From NCBI GenBank assembly GCA_041742135.1, contig JBGSJG010000008.1:32518-96517 (forward strand): a stretch of DNA of 64,000 nt. Direction: 5' to 3'. The notes under the pieces are model-generated. The model saw only the letters and a list, made by a program, of their open reading frames with translations, was not told where the DNA came from and made no database searches. The stretch is from Patescibacteria group bacterium (lineage in GTDB: Bacteria > Patescibacteriota > Microgenomatia > UBA8517). The position numbers and the translations under genes are program-made. Shown here piece after piece: positions 29,530-38,835 of this stretch (position 1 is the stretch's first letter; the number at the start of each line of letters is the position of its first letter).

Positions 29530-30249
29530 ATGTCAGTTTTTCTTTCGATCATTATTCCAGCCCACAACGAAGAGTTTAGGCTTCCTCCTGCGTTTAACAA
29601 AATTGATAGTTACCTTAAAAAACAGAAATATTCTTACGAGGTAATAGTCGTTGAAAATGGAAGCCGGGATAAGACTGTTGAGGTAACACGTGAGTTTGCC
29701 AAGACTCACCCATATGTAAAATTGATGATCGTCCGTACCCGAGGCAAAGGTCTTGCGGTCAAAGCTGGGATGCTTAAGGCCTCTGGTGAATATCGATTCA
29801 TTTGTGATTCTGACTTGTCCATGCCGATCGAAGAAATATCAAAGTTTCTGCCGCCAGAAACCAAAGGATTTGATGTAATGATAGGTGTGAGGGAGGGCAA
29901 GGGAGCCAAGCGCATTGGGGAGCCCTTAAAACGACATGTTATCGGAAGAATATTTAACTTCATAATTAAGCTTACAATATTGCCGGGATTTGAAGACACA
30001 CAGTGCGGCTTTAAGATGTTTAGTGGGGTAGCGGCAGATAAGTTGTTTAAAATCCAGAAAATCAACGGAATAGGTTTTGACATAGAGCTTATCTTTTTAG
30101 CGCAAAAATTAGGAATGAAGATTAAGGAGATCCCGATAATATGGTATTTTGATGCCGACAGTAGGATGAAGCTCATGAAAGACTCAATGCATGCGCTTTT
30201 GGAAATCTGGGAAATCAGAAAGAGCTGGTGGAGAGGGGAATATGTATAA
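29530..30249 (+). CDS. Dolichyl/polyprenyl-phosphate beta-glucosyltransferase-like GT2 (ALG5-like)
   Basis: IIPAHNEE, RGKGLAV, DSDLS, DTQCGFK, GFDIE. ATG 29530 follows TACAAT-N5. Confidence 0.85.
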   Translation: MSVFLSIIIPAHNEEFRLPPAFNKIDSYLKKQKYSYEVIVVENGSRDKTVEVTREFAKTHPYVKLMIVRTRGKGLAVKAGMLKASGEYRFICDSDLSMPIEEISKFLPPETKGFDVMIGVREGKGAKRIGEPLKRHVIGRIFNFIIKLTILPGFEDTQCGFKMFSGVAADKLFKIQKINGIGFDIELIFLAQKLGMKIKEIPIIWYFDADSRMKLMKDSMHALLEIWEIRKSWWRGEYV

Positions 30250-31762
30250 AAAGTGGAAGTTCACAATTTTGGGCCTTCTAATTATTCTTGGAGCCGCGCT
30301 TTTTATACGCATTTACAGGCTGGATTTGATACCAGTTTTTGTTGATGAAGCAATTTACATTCGCTGGGCACAGGTCATGAGAGCCGAGTCGACTCTTCGT
30401 TTTTTGCCGTTATCTGACGGCAAGCAGCCTTTGTTTATGTGGGCCGTGATGCCAGCCCTTAAGGTGATTGCGGATCCTTTAATTGCCGGCAGGGTAGTGT
30501 CTGTGGCGACTGGGCTGGGAACTACGATTGGAGTATTTGCCCTAAGCTACACACTATTCAAGTCGAGAAAAGCTGCGCTTTTTGCCTCACTCCTCTACGG
30601 CCTCTCCCCTTTCGCGGTTTTTTTCGATCGCATGGCTTTGGTTGACTCAATGCTTGCCTTTTTTGGTGTATGGACTTTGACCTTTTCTGTTTTAGCCGTA
30701 AAAAACCTAAGGCTTGATTTGGCTATGATTGCTGGATTTTTTATGGGCGGCGCATGGCTGACCAAATCCCCCGCCTTGTTTTTTTGGTTGATGCTTCCGG
30801 CAAGCTTGCTATTTATCCCTCAAAGCCGCAAAAAAAGTAAATTAATTACTTTGATACACGCAGGAATGCTCTTGGGAGTTGTTCTACTCATTTCATATGC
30901 AATGTATAACGTTCTAAGACTTGGGCCGAATTTTCACCTTATCGGCTCCAGAAACTTGGATTATGTTCACCCTTACACACATATTTTGCAAAGCCCGCTG
31001 GATCCGTTCTTGCCGCACATTGACCGTGCTCTTGAGTGGTTTGAAACAATGGGCCCTAGCGCCGTGATCTTATTAGTTTTGGGAGCCATAGTCGCCAACT
31101 TTCAGAGGTTTAAAAAAGAGATCATTATACTTTTGATTTGGGGGATGTTGCCAGTTGTTATTGAGGCGGAATTTAGCCGTGTCTTTACTTCACGATATAT
31201 TTTCTTTGTCCTCCCGCCAATTTTTGTATTGGCCGGATCAATTATTAAGAAGTACAAATTCCCCCCATTTGTGTACGTATCATATGGATTGGTATTTTTA
31301 TTTTTAGCTCAAGCTCTATTGTTTTACTTGCCTTTTTTCCATAAACCAGAAGAATCAATGATGCCTGAACGAGATGGCTATCTGTCCGACTGGACGGGTG
31401 GATACGGAATCCGCGAGGCTGCTGGTATTATTACGCAAAAAAGGAACGCCAACCAAGACAAGGAAATTGTCGTGGGGACCGAAGGCTATTTTGGCACCCT
31501 TCCTGACGGCCTTCAGATTTATTTGGAGAAGGAGCCAAATATTACAGTCATCGGAGTTGGTATTGATTTGTTGGAAGTGCCCGAAAGCTTAACAAGCTCG
31601 GCCGCGGCAGGGAACATCACATATTTATTGGCAAACCGCTCAAGGCTTCGTTTTGGTGAGCCTTTCGATCAATATGGCCTAAGAAAAGTGGCGGCTTTTG
31701 AAAAACCAACCCAAAAAGATGGCACGCACGACACGATGTATCTCTTGGAGGTCCTTCCATGA
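30242..31762 (+). CDS. GT-C fold glycosyltransferase
   Basis: VDEAIYIRWA, DGKQPLF, FDRMALVD, LTKSP, SRY. Start moved to ATG 30242. Confidence 0.82.
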   Translation: MYKKWKFTILGLLIILGAALFIRIYRLDLIPVFVDEAIYIRWAQVMRAESTLRFLPLSDGKQPLFMWAVMPALKVIADPLIAGRVVSVATGLGTTIGVFALSYTLFKSRKAALFASLLYGLSPFAVFFDRMALVDSMLAFFGVWTLTFSVLAVKNLRLDLAMIAGFFMGGAWLTKSPALFFWLMLPASLLFIPQSRKKSKLITLIHAGMLLGVVLLISYAMYNVLRLGPNFHLIGSRNLDYVHPYTHILQSPLDPFLPHIDRALEWFETMGPSAVILLVLGAIVANFQRFKKEIIILLIWGMLPVVIEAEFSRVFTSRYIFFVLPPIFVLAGSIIKKYKFPPFVYVSYGLVFLFLAQALLFYLPFFHKPEESMMPERDGYLSDWTGGYGIREAAGIITQKRNANQDKEIVVGTEGYFGTLPDGLQIYLEKEPNITVIGVGIDLLEVPESLTSSAAAGNITYLLANRSRLRFGEPFDQYGLRKVAAFEKPTQKDGTHDTMYLLEVLP

Positions 31763-32478
31763 GTATTTATTTGTCTTTGGTAATTCCTGTTTTTAACGAA
31801 GAGGAAATAATCAAAAAAAATCTTGATGTGGTTACAAGGTTTTTAAAAAAGTTAGGTAAGAGCTATGAAATTATTGTTGTTGATGATGGCTCAAGCGACA
31901 GCACTGTGAAAATTGTAGAAGGCATCGAAGACAAGAACGTTAAATTGATCATGCTTCGCCAGAATCGTGGGAAAGGAGCGGCGCTTCGCGCGGGGGTTGC
32001 CAAAGCCTCAGGAAAATACATCCTATTTTCTGACGCGGACTTGTCCGTGCCTATCGAGTTTTTGGATGAGATAATTAAAAAGCTTCAGATGCACGAAGTA
32101 GCTGTGGCTTCAAGAAGGGTTCAGGGGGCCGTGATTAAAACGCATCAGCCTCCACTGCGAGAACTTATGGGCAGGGTCTTTACAAAGTTAACTCAACTTC
32201 TCATCCAAAGCGGCATCGCCGATTTTACCTGCGGTTTTAAAGGCTTTACCTATGAATCAGGCAAAAAACTATTTTCTCAAAGCCGTATTGATCGCTGGGC
32301 TTATGATGCAGAGATCATATTTTTAGCTCACAAATACGGATACAAAATTGCGCAAGTGCCTGTAGTTTGGGAGAACAGAGTTGACACAAGAGTCAAGATG
32401 GGGCGTGCTGCAGTGGAGTCTTTTTTTGATGTTTTGCGGGTACGTGTGTGGGAGCTAATGGGTAAATATGAAAGTTAA
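31759..32478 (+). CDS. ALG5-like polyprenyl-phosphate glycosyltransferase GT2
   Basis: VIPVFNEE, VDDGSSD, NRGKGAA, DADLS, DFTCGFK, AYDAE. Confidence 0.85.
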   Translation: MSIYLSLVIPVFNEEEIIKKNLDVVTRFLKKLGKSYEIIVVDDGSSDSTVKIVEGIEDKNVKLIMLRQNRGKGAALRAGVAKASGKYILFSDADLSVPIEFLDEIIKKLQMHEVAVASRRVQGAVIKTHQPPLRELMGRVFTKLTQLLIQSGIADFTCGFKGFTYESGKKLFSQSRIDRWAYDAEIIFLAHKYGYKIAQVPVVWENRVDTRVKMGRAAVESFFDVLRVRVWELMGKYES

Positions 32479-34093
32479 GCTGCTTCTTTTATTGGCCTTA
32501 ATACCAACTTTCTGGGCGCTTACTCGTCCTGGGTATTTTCCAATGCACGACGACATTCAAGGTATGCGTGTGCTTCAAATGCATAAGTGCGTATTGGATT
32601 TTCAACTTCCTTGCAGGTGGGTGCCTGACATGGGTTACGGATACGGTTATCCTCAATTTAATTACTATGCTCCACTGCCGTACTATTTTATGGAAGGCTT
32701 TGTCATCGCGGGGAATCCGATTTTAGACACCGTAAAAGTTGGCTTTGCGGCGAGCTTGATTCTTTCCGCTTACTCAATGTACCTCCTGGCAAGTTACGTA
32801 TGGGGTAAAAAGGGTGGTTTTATTAGTGCGATATTTTATTCTTACGCACCTTATCGAGCTGTAGATATTTACGTTCGCGGGGCAATGGGGGAGGCGTGGG
32901 CGTTTGTGTTTTTGCCACTCGTGCTTCTTTTTTCTCTGAGAATCCTGGATGGGAAGAAAGCCGTTTTACCCTTTGCCCTAAGTGTCGCCGGGTTACTTTT
33001 ATCGCATAATATATCGATTGTTATGTTTGCGCCGTTTTGCGTTCTGTTTGTTTTCACTCTCAGGCGCTTCAACATAGACAGTCTCAAGCGTCTTTCTGTT
33101 GGAGCTTTTTGGGGACTGTCGTTGTCTGCCTTTTTTGTATTTCCAGCATTCCTTGAGAAAAACTTAGTTCATGTGGATACTATCCTTGCAGGATACTTTA
33201 ATTTTTTGGCTCATTTTGTTGGGATCCGGCAGTTACTTTTTTCAACGCATTGGGGATATGGAAGCTCGTCACTTGGCCCTTTGGATGGAATGAGCTTAAG
33301 CGTTGGTCTTTGGCACTGGGCCGTGCCGGCACTTTCACTGTTAGTTTTATTGCTACTAAAAAAATACAGTGAACTTAGGTTGGCTTTAATTTTTGTAATA
33401 TTCGGCGGATTAGCACTTCTCCTGATTCACCCAAGATCGCAAATTATTTGGAATAATCTGGATATTCTCTCGTTCGTTCAGTTCCCTTGGCGCTTTTTAA
33501 TGGTTGCTGTTTTGTTTTTCTCATTAGCGGCTGGCTCTGTCGGGGTTCTTCTTGCTCGCTACTCCAAATTAATTATTCTAAGTTTACTTTTTCTTTTGAT
33601 TCTTTTTAACGCAAGCTACTTTTTCCCAAAGGCCTATGTTGATATCGACGATCGCGCAAGATTCAGTGGAAACAACTGGATGCTTCAGCAAACAATAAGT
33701 ATCTTTGATTATCTACCTAAATCTGCAAAATTTCCGCCATCAAGTGAAGCACCTGATAAGCCATTCGCCACTGAGGGTGAAGTAACTATTGTTGATGGCT
33801 TGAAGGGCACCAATTGGCAAAGGTGGAATGTTATTGTTCATAGCGGCGAAAGTGAAATCGCTTTTCCTCTTTACAACTTCCCCACTTGGGAGGCTAAAAT
33901 CGATGGAAAGAAGGCAGAGGTTTTTGAGAGTGGGGACCTGGGGCTGGTAACCCTTGAGGTTTCCAATGGTGTTCACGAAGTAAGTCTTGTTCTTCGAGAT
34001 ACTCTCGTGCGCACAAGTGCAAATGTTGCGACTATCTTAGCCCTTCTTGCAATACCTGTCGTGCTTTATAACAATAAAAAGAAGCTATGGTAA
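32468..34093 (+). CDS. YfhO/'PTPS-related' GT-C membrane protein, copy 1
   Basis: MHDD, RWVPDMGYGYGYP, YYAPLPYY, YVRGAMGE, SHNIS, QFPWRFL, C-terminal FPTWEAKIDG beta domain. Confidence 0.78.
   Translation: MKVKLLLLLALIPTFWALTRPGYFPMHDDIQGMRVLQMHKCVLDFQLPCRWVPDMGYGYGYPQFNYYAPLPYYFMEGFVIAGNPILDTVKVGFAASLILSAYSMYLLASYVWGKKGGFISAIFYSYAPYRAVDIYVRGAMGEAWAFVFLPLVLLFSLRILDGKKAVLPFALSVAGLLLSHNISIVMFAPFCVLFVFTLRRFNIDSLKRLSVGAFWGLSLSAFFVFPAFLEKNLVHVDTILAGYFNFLAHFVGIRQLLFSTHWGYGSSSLGPLDGMSLSVGLWHWAVPALSLLVLLLLKKYSELRLALIFVIFGGLALLLIHPRSQIIWNNLDILSFVQFPWRFLMVAVLFFSLAAGSVGVLLARYSKLIILSLLFLLILFNASYFFPKAYVDIDDRARFSGNNWMLQQTISIFDYLPKSAKFPPSSEAPDKPFATEGEVTIVDGLKGTNWQRWNVIVHSGESEIAFPLYNFPTWEAKIDGKKAEVFESGDLGLVTLEVSNGVHEVSLVLRDTLVRTSANVATILALLAIPVVLYNNKKKLW
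32529..32550 (+). repeat. 22-nt exact repeat, second copy at 34142-34163
   Basis: CTGGGTATTTTCCAATGCACGA occurs in two adjacent YfhO-like paralogs (encodes GYFPMHD). Confidence 0.8.
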
Positions 34094-35748
34094 TAGTAGT
34101 TATTTTAATATCACTTTTGACAGTTTTGCCGCTCTTGGCATCTGGGTATTTTCCAATGCACGATGACCTTCAGGTTATGCGGCTTTTCGAACTTGAAAAG
34201 TGCTTTTCGGTTGGTGATATCCCGTGCAGATGGGCTAGTGACATGGCTGGGGGTTACGGTCAAGCAATGTTTAATTTTTATAGTGCCTTTCCGTATTACC
34301 TGGGGCACCTGATCCGTTTGGTTTCTCCGTTTTCAATTATTGATACTGTAAAAATATTATTTGCCATAAGTTTAATAGCTTCAGGGGTAGGAATGTACTT
34401 TTTAGCTCGCGAGTTTTTTGGCAAAGCCGGGGGGTTTATCGCCTCGGTATTTTATGTTTTCGCGCCTTACCGCGCTTTAAACGTTTATGTTCGAGGAGCG
34501 ATGGCTGAAGCTTTTTCGCTGGCAATTCTGCCGTTTTTGTGGCTCGCTGTCTATAAAGTAATCAAAAAACCTACCTTCTTAAACGTGGTTTTTTTGGCCA
34601 TTATCACGGCATTACAGCTCACTACTCACAACATATCGACTATGATTTACGCAATTCCGACAGGGATTTGGATAATCTATCTGTTAATTCGTGAATTTTC
34701 TGCAAGGAGACTATTTGCAATTGTCCTTGGTGGCATTTTAGGTTTTGGTCTGGCTGGCTTTTTTATCCTCCCGGTTTTATTTGAAAAATCCTTAACGCAA
34801 GAGTCTGTTTTTACATCTAACTACTCGCATTACATTGCGCACTACGTTTCGCTGTATCAGGTTTTCACGAGCCGTTTCTGGGGTTATGGAGGGTCAATTT
34901 TTGGCGAAAATGATCATATGGCATTTCAACTTGGCTGGCCACACTGGTGGGTCGCGGCTTTCGTTGCTCTATTTTCGATAGTTCAATCGATTAAAGCGAG
35001 AAGTTTTAAATTTATTCTGCCATTAGCACTTGTGGCCTTGGCTCTTTTTGTAGTTTTCCTGACTCATTCCCGAAGCACTTTTATTTGGTTAGCTGTTCCC
35101 TCTATGGCTTTTATTCAGTTTCCGTGGCGGCTTTTGGGTCTTGCAGTGTTTTTGATTTCTTTTGCAATAGGGGCAGTGAACTGGATCAAGAACACGAGAT
35201 TGAAACAATCAATTTTAGTGCTCGGAGTTTTTCTGGCGGTAAGCCTGAACATCCAGTACTTTAAGCCAGAGATGCATTTTTACGGGGAAACTGACTCAAC
35301 TAAACTGTCGGGAGAGCTTTTTATAACTCAGCAGAAAGCAGCACTTCTTGATTATCTGCCTCTAACTGTGACCGATCCACCGTTGGATTTGGCTCCAGAT
35401 CAACCAGAAATTGTTGAGGGCAGTGGGGAAGTAGCTAACTTCAGTTACAAGGCGGGCACATTCTTTTTTGATCTTAAGGCAATGGAAGACTCCACGGTAA
35501 ATGTTCCAATTATTTACTTTCCTGGATGGAAAGCGTATTTGATTTACGGGCAAGGCGAGGAGTTGCCAATTGCTCCAAGCGACAAGACGGGATTGATTCA
35601 GCTCAAAGTCGAAAAAGGTGAGCACATGATTGAGGGAAGATTTGAAAATACTCCGATTCGCAACTTGGGGAATTTTGTAAGTATTTTGGCTTTTTTGGTG
35701 ATTTTGGGTGGCGTGCTTGTGGTAATTAATAAAAATGAAACTGCATAA
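34087..35748 (+). CDS. YfhO/'PTPS-related' GT-C membrane protein, copy 2
   Basis: MHDD, RWASDMAGGYG, YVRGAMAE, THNIS, QFPWRLL, YFPGW. Confidence 0.78.
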   Translation: MVIVVILISLLTVLPLLASGYFPMHDDLQVMRLFELEKCFSVGDIPCRWASDMAGGYGQAMFNFYSAFPYYLGHLIRLVSPFSIIDTVKILFAISLIASGVGMYFLAREFFGKAGGFIASVFYVFAPYRALNVYVRGAMAEAFSLAILPFLWLAVYKVIKKPTFLNVVFLAIITALQLTTHNISTMIYAIPTGIWIIYLLIREFSARRLFAIVLGGILGFGLAGFFILPVLFEKSLTQESVFTSNYSHYIAHYVSLYQVFTSRFWGYGGSIFGENDHMAFQLGWPHWWVAAFVALFSIVQSIKARSFKFILPLALVALALFVVFLTHSRSTFIWLAVPSMAFIQFPWRLLGLAVFLISFAIGAVNWIKNTRLKQSILVLGVFLAVSLNIQYFKPEMHFYGETDSTKLSGELFITQQKAALLDYLPLTVTDPPLDLAPDQPEIVEGSGEVANFSYKAGTFFFDLKAMEDSTVNVPIIYFPGWKAYLIYGQGEELPIAPSDKTGLIQLKVEKGEHMIEGRFENTPIRNLGNFVSILAFLVILGGVLVVINKNETA

Positions 35749-37369
35749 ATCAACTTATTTTTGGCTTTTGGTGCTTAGCCTGCCGGCGCTATGGTTTTTA
35801 GTTACTCCGGGGGGCTATGAGCCTCACGATTTTCACCATATTGCGGACATTCATCAAATGTATCGAGCAATAACATCGGGGCAAATTCCTCCAAGACTCG
35901 GCCCGGATTTTTATATGAGCTTTGGCTATCCACTATTTAATTACTACTATGTTTTGCCCTTTTATTTGGGCGCGGGATTTTTTGCCCTAACCGGGAGTTT
36001 GATGGAAGCCCTGAAGTGGGTTTTTCTGGCTTCAGGAATAGTTTCGGTACTGGGAATGTACGCCTTGCTTCGAAAATATTTCAGTAGTGCTGCTTCTGTG
36101 GCAGGTGCAGTCCTTTATCTGTACACACCTTTTCGCGCAGTTGAGATATATGTACGCGGTGCAATTGGCGAGGCTGTGGCAATTGCTCTTTTGCCCTGGG
36201 TTTTGTATGCATTTGTCGCTTTAGTTGGCAAAACCAATAAGAAAAATATCGCGCTTTTGGCCGTTGTTTTGGGTTTATTTTTTATTACTCACAACTACTT
36301 CTTTTTAATCGCTATGCCGTTTATCGGCCTTTTTACATTAATTGAGCTTCACGGGTCTGGCAAGTTTATTCAAAAAATACCCGCAGTACTTTCTGCTATC
36401 TTGCTAGGAATTTTGGCTTCTGCCTATTGGTGGTTACCTGCGTTTGTAGAACACCGTCTTGTGGCTTCGGCGACTCCATTCGCAATTCACGATCACTTTC
36501 CCTTTTTAAAACAGTTAATTTTGCCAAGTTGGGGATATGGCAGCTCAGTTTGGGGCCCGTATGATCTTATTTCTTTTCAAATTGGCATCGTGAATCTGAT
36601 AGCGGTTGCCGTTTCGATTCTTTTGTTTATCAAACTAAGAAACAACATGAATAGGCAATATAAAATCGCATTGCTTGCATTTGTCTTTTTTATGCTTTGC
36701 GTTTTTATGATGAACATCCGATCGATGCCTGTTTGGAAAATCATTCCCTTCACGAACTTCATTCAATTCCCATGGAGATTTTTAGGCTTCACCACCTTCT
36801 TCAGCTCGTTTTTGGCAGGGTTTGTAGTTGAGAATTTGCGTTGGCGTAAACTTGCGGCGCTTTTAGTTATAGCCTCTTGCATCATCTTGACTGTGGGGTA
36901 CTTTAGGCCGAGCGGGAATTTGCTTCGCACTAACGAGGAATATTTAAATCATTTTTTCAACAACACAATGTATAGTGAAGATTATTTGCAGACTCCAATT
37001 GGGGTTAGCGCAAAGCCCACAACTCCACTGGCAAAGTTTGAAGTCGAAGCTGGCGAGGTGTTGTCAATCGTGGAGGCCTCGCCTGTCAGTTGGCGAGCAG
37101 AGATCGTAGCAGAGTCTGGCTCGGTTGTTACAGCTAATGCTTTGGCCATTCCCGGATGGGTGGTTAAAGTTGATGGGAATCCGATCCAAACTCGATTTAA
37201 GGAACCCATGGGAAACATGGAGTTTTCTCTTTCCGCAGGCCTTCACACAGTTGAGCTTTCATGGGAGGAAACGGACTTGAGGCAGGTAGCAGACATCATG
37301 AGCCTAGCGGCACTACTAATTATTTGTTACCTATTTCTAGCGAGACCCCGTTCTCGTGCTACAATTTGA
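35735..37369 (+). CDS. YfhO/'PTPS-related' GT-C membrane protein, copy 3
   Basis: PHDF, GYPLFNYY, YVRGAIGE, THN, QFPWRFL, IPGWVVKVDG. Confidence 0.78.
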   Translation: MKLHKSTYFWLLVLSLPALWFLVTPGGYEPHDFHHIADIHQMYRAITSGQIPPRLGPDFYMSFGYPLFNYYYVLPFYLGAGFFALTGSLMEALKWVFLASGIVSVLGMYALLRKYFSSAASVAGAVLYLYTPFRAVEIYVRGAIGEAVAIALLPWVLYAFVALVGKTNKKNIALLAVVLGLFFITHNYFFLIAMPFIGLFTLIELHGSGKFIQKIPAVLSAILLGILASAYWWLPAFVEHRLVASATPFAIHDHFPFLKQLILPSWGYGSSVWGPYDLISFQIGIVNLIAVAVSILLFIKLRNNMNRQYKIALLAFVFFMLCVFMMNIRSMPVWKIIPFTNFIQFPWRFLGFTTFFSSFLAGFVVENLRWRKLAALLVIASCIILTVGYFRPSGNLLRTNEEYLNHFFNNTMYSEDYLQTPIGVSAKPTTPLAKFEVEAGEVLSIVEASPVSWRAEIVAESGSVVTANALAIPGWVVKVDGNPIQTRFKEPMGNMEFSLSAGLHTVELSWEETDLRQVADIMSLAALLIICYLFLARPRSRATI

Positions 37370-37371
37370 GT

Positions 37372-38835
37372 GTGGAAGACAAGTTTGAGCTAGGTTTGGA
37401 TGAGGTTAAAAAACGTGCCGTGCGTGGGGTGGTTGCCATAATGGGGCGCGGTTTTTTTATTCAATTTGTTGCTCAAATCTCACAATTTTTTCTCTTAGCA
37501 TTTTTAAGTGTCGAGGAAATGGGAGTGTTTTGGATTGTTTCAGCAGCTGTAGGTTTTTTCATATTCTTTTCCGATATTGGCCTCGCGGCAGCGCTTATAC
37601 AAAAGAGGGAAAAACCAACCACCGAGGACTTAAGAACCACCTTTACTGTTCAGCAAACTCTAATACTACTTCTTTTGGGAGTAATCTATGTTCTGACACC
37701 ATATTTTAAAAATATTTATAATCTCAGTGACCAGGGTGTAATTTTGCTATATGCTCTTGGGTTTTCACTTTTTTTGTCATCCTTAAAAAGCATCCCTTCT
37801 GTCCTTCTTGAGCGAAAACTGGAATTTTCAAAATTTATAATTCCCGATTTACTCGAGAGCGTGGTTTATAGTTTTGTGGTGGTTTTTTTGGCATGGAAGG
37901 GATTTGGCATTACCAGTTTTAGCTATGCCGTAATCCTAAGAGGCATCGTGGGAGTTGTTGCCATGTATTCACTACAGCCTTGGAGGCCGGGCTTGGCATT
38001 TGCCAAAAAATCTTTATTTGCGCTTTTTAAATTCGGCGTTCCTTACCAAATTAATCAACTTGTTGCGCTTCTTAAAGATCGAGGAGTAACGCTTGCTCTG
38101 GGGGCAGTTTTGGGGCCAAGTGGTGTTGGGTACTTGGGGACTGCTGAGCGCATGAGCCAAATACCACTACGACAATTTCTAGATCCAGTAACCAAAGTGA
38201 CATTTCCAGCATTTGCCAGGATGCAAAACGATAAAAACGAGCTTGCTCAAAGCGTTTCAAGGTCTTTGATGGTGATAAGTTTTTTTGTATTTCCTTGGGC
38301 GGTGGGCATGTGGCTTGTGGCACCACTTCTTTTGAAAGTCATCCCAAACTATGCCAAATGGGAGCCTTCTTTGATTCCTTTGGGCTTTATGACCATAAAC
38401 GTTTTGTTCGCTGCCGTTACTACCCAGCTTACCAACATGCTCATGGCCATTGGCCGAATTAAAACAGTTTCTCTCTTGATTGGCATGTGGGCAATTTTGA
38501 CAATAGCCTTTGTCCCGACTTTAGGTCATTTTTACGGGGTTAATGGCGCTGCGTTAGGCTACGCCATGGTTTCTTCAACTTCAGTGATCGCAATAATAAT
38601 CGCCAAAAAATATGTCGATTTTTCTTTACTTGGAGTGGCAAAGACGGCCGCGGCAACTATCGCGATGGCTTTGGTAGTATTCGTGGCTCGTGCCTTCGCT
38701 CCACCAACTCTTCCGGCCATCGGAGTGTTGATTGCGATGGGCGGACTTGTCTATGTAGCAGTCTCTTACCTCTTGTTGGGTAAAAGCCTCATAACCGATG
38801 CTAAGAAATTTATTAAAGCATTTTTCAACAAATAG
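37372..38835 (+). CDS. wzx: Wzx/TuaB-like oligosaccharide flippase
   Basis: SDIGLAAALIQK, LERKLEF, VTFPAFARMQ, 12-14 TM segments. GTG start at 37372 follows TGcTACAAT-N6. Confidence 0.88.
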   Translation: MEDKFELGLDEVKKRAVRGVVAIMGRGFFIQFVAQISQFFLLAFLSVEEMGVFWIVSAAVGFFIFFSDIGLAAALIQKREKPTTEDLRTTFTVQQTLILLLLGVIYVLTPYFKNIYNLSDQGVILLYALGFSLFLSSLKSIPSVLLERKLEFSKFIIPDLLESVVYSFVVVFLAWKGFGITSFSYAVILRGIVGVVAMYSLQPWRPGLAFAKKSLFALFKFGVPYQINQLVALLKDRGVTLALGAVLGPSGVGYLGTAERMSQIPLRQFLDPVTKVTFPAFARMQNDKNELAQSVSRSLMVISFFVFPWAVGMWLVAPLLLKVIPNYAKWEPSLIPLGFMTINVLFAAVTTQLTNMLMAIGRIKTVSLLIGMWAILTIAFVPTLGHFYGVNGAALGYAMVSSTSVIAIIIAKKYVDFSLLGVAKTAAATIAMALVVFVARAFAPPTLPAIGVLIAMGGLVYVAVSYLLLGKSLITDAKKFIKAFFNK

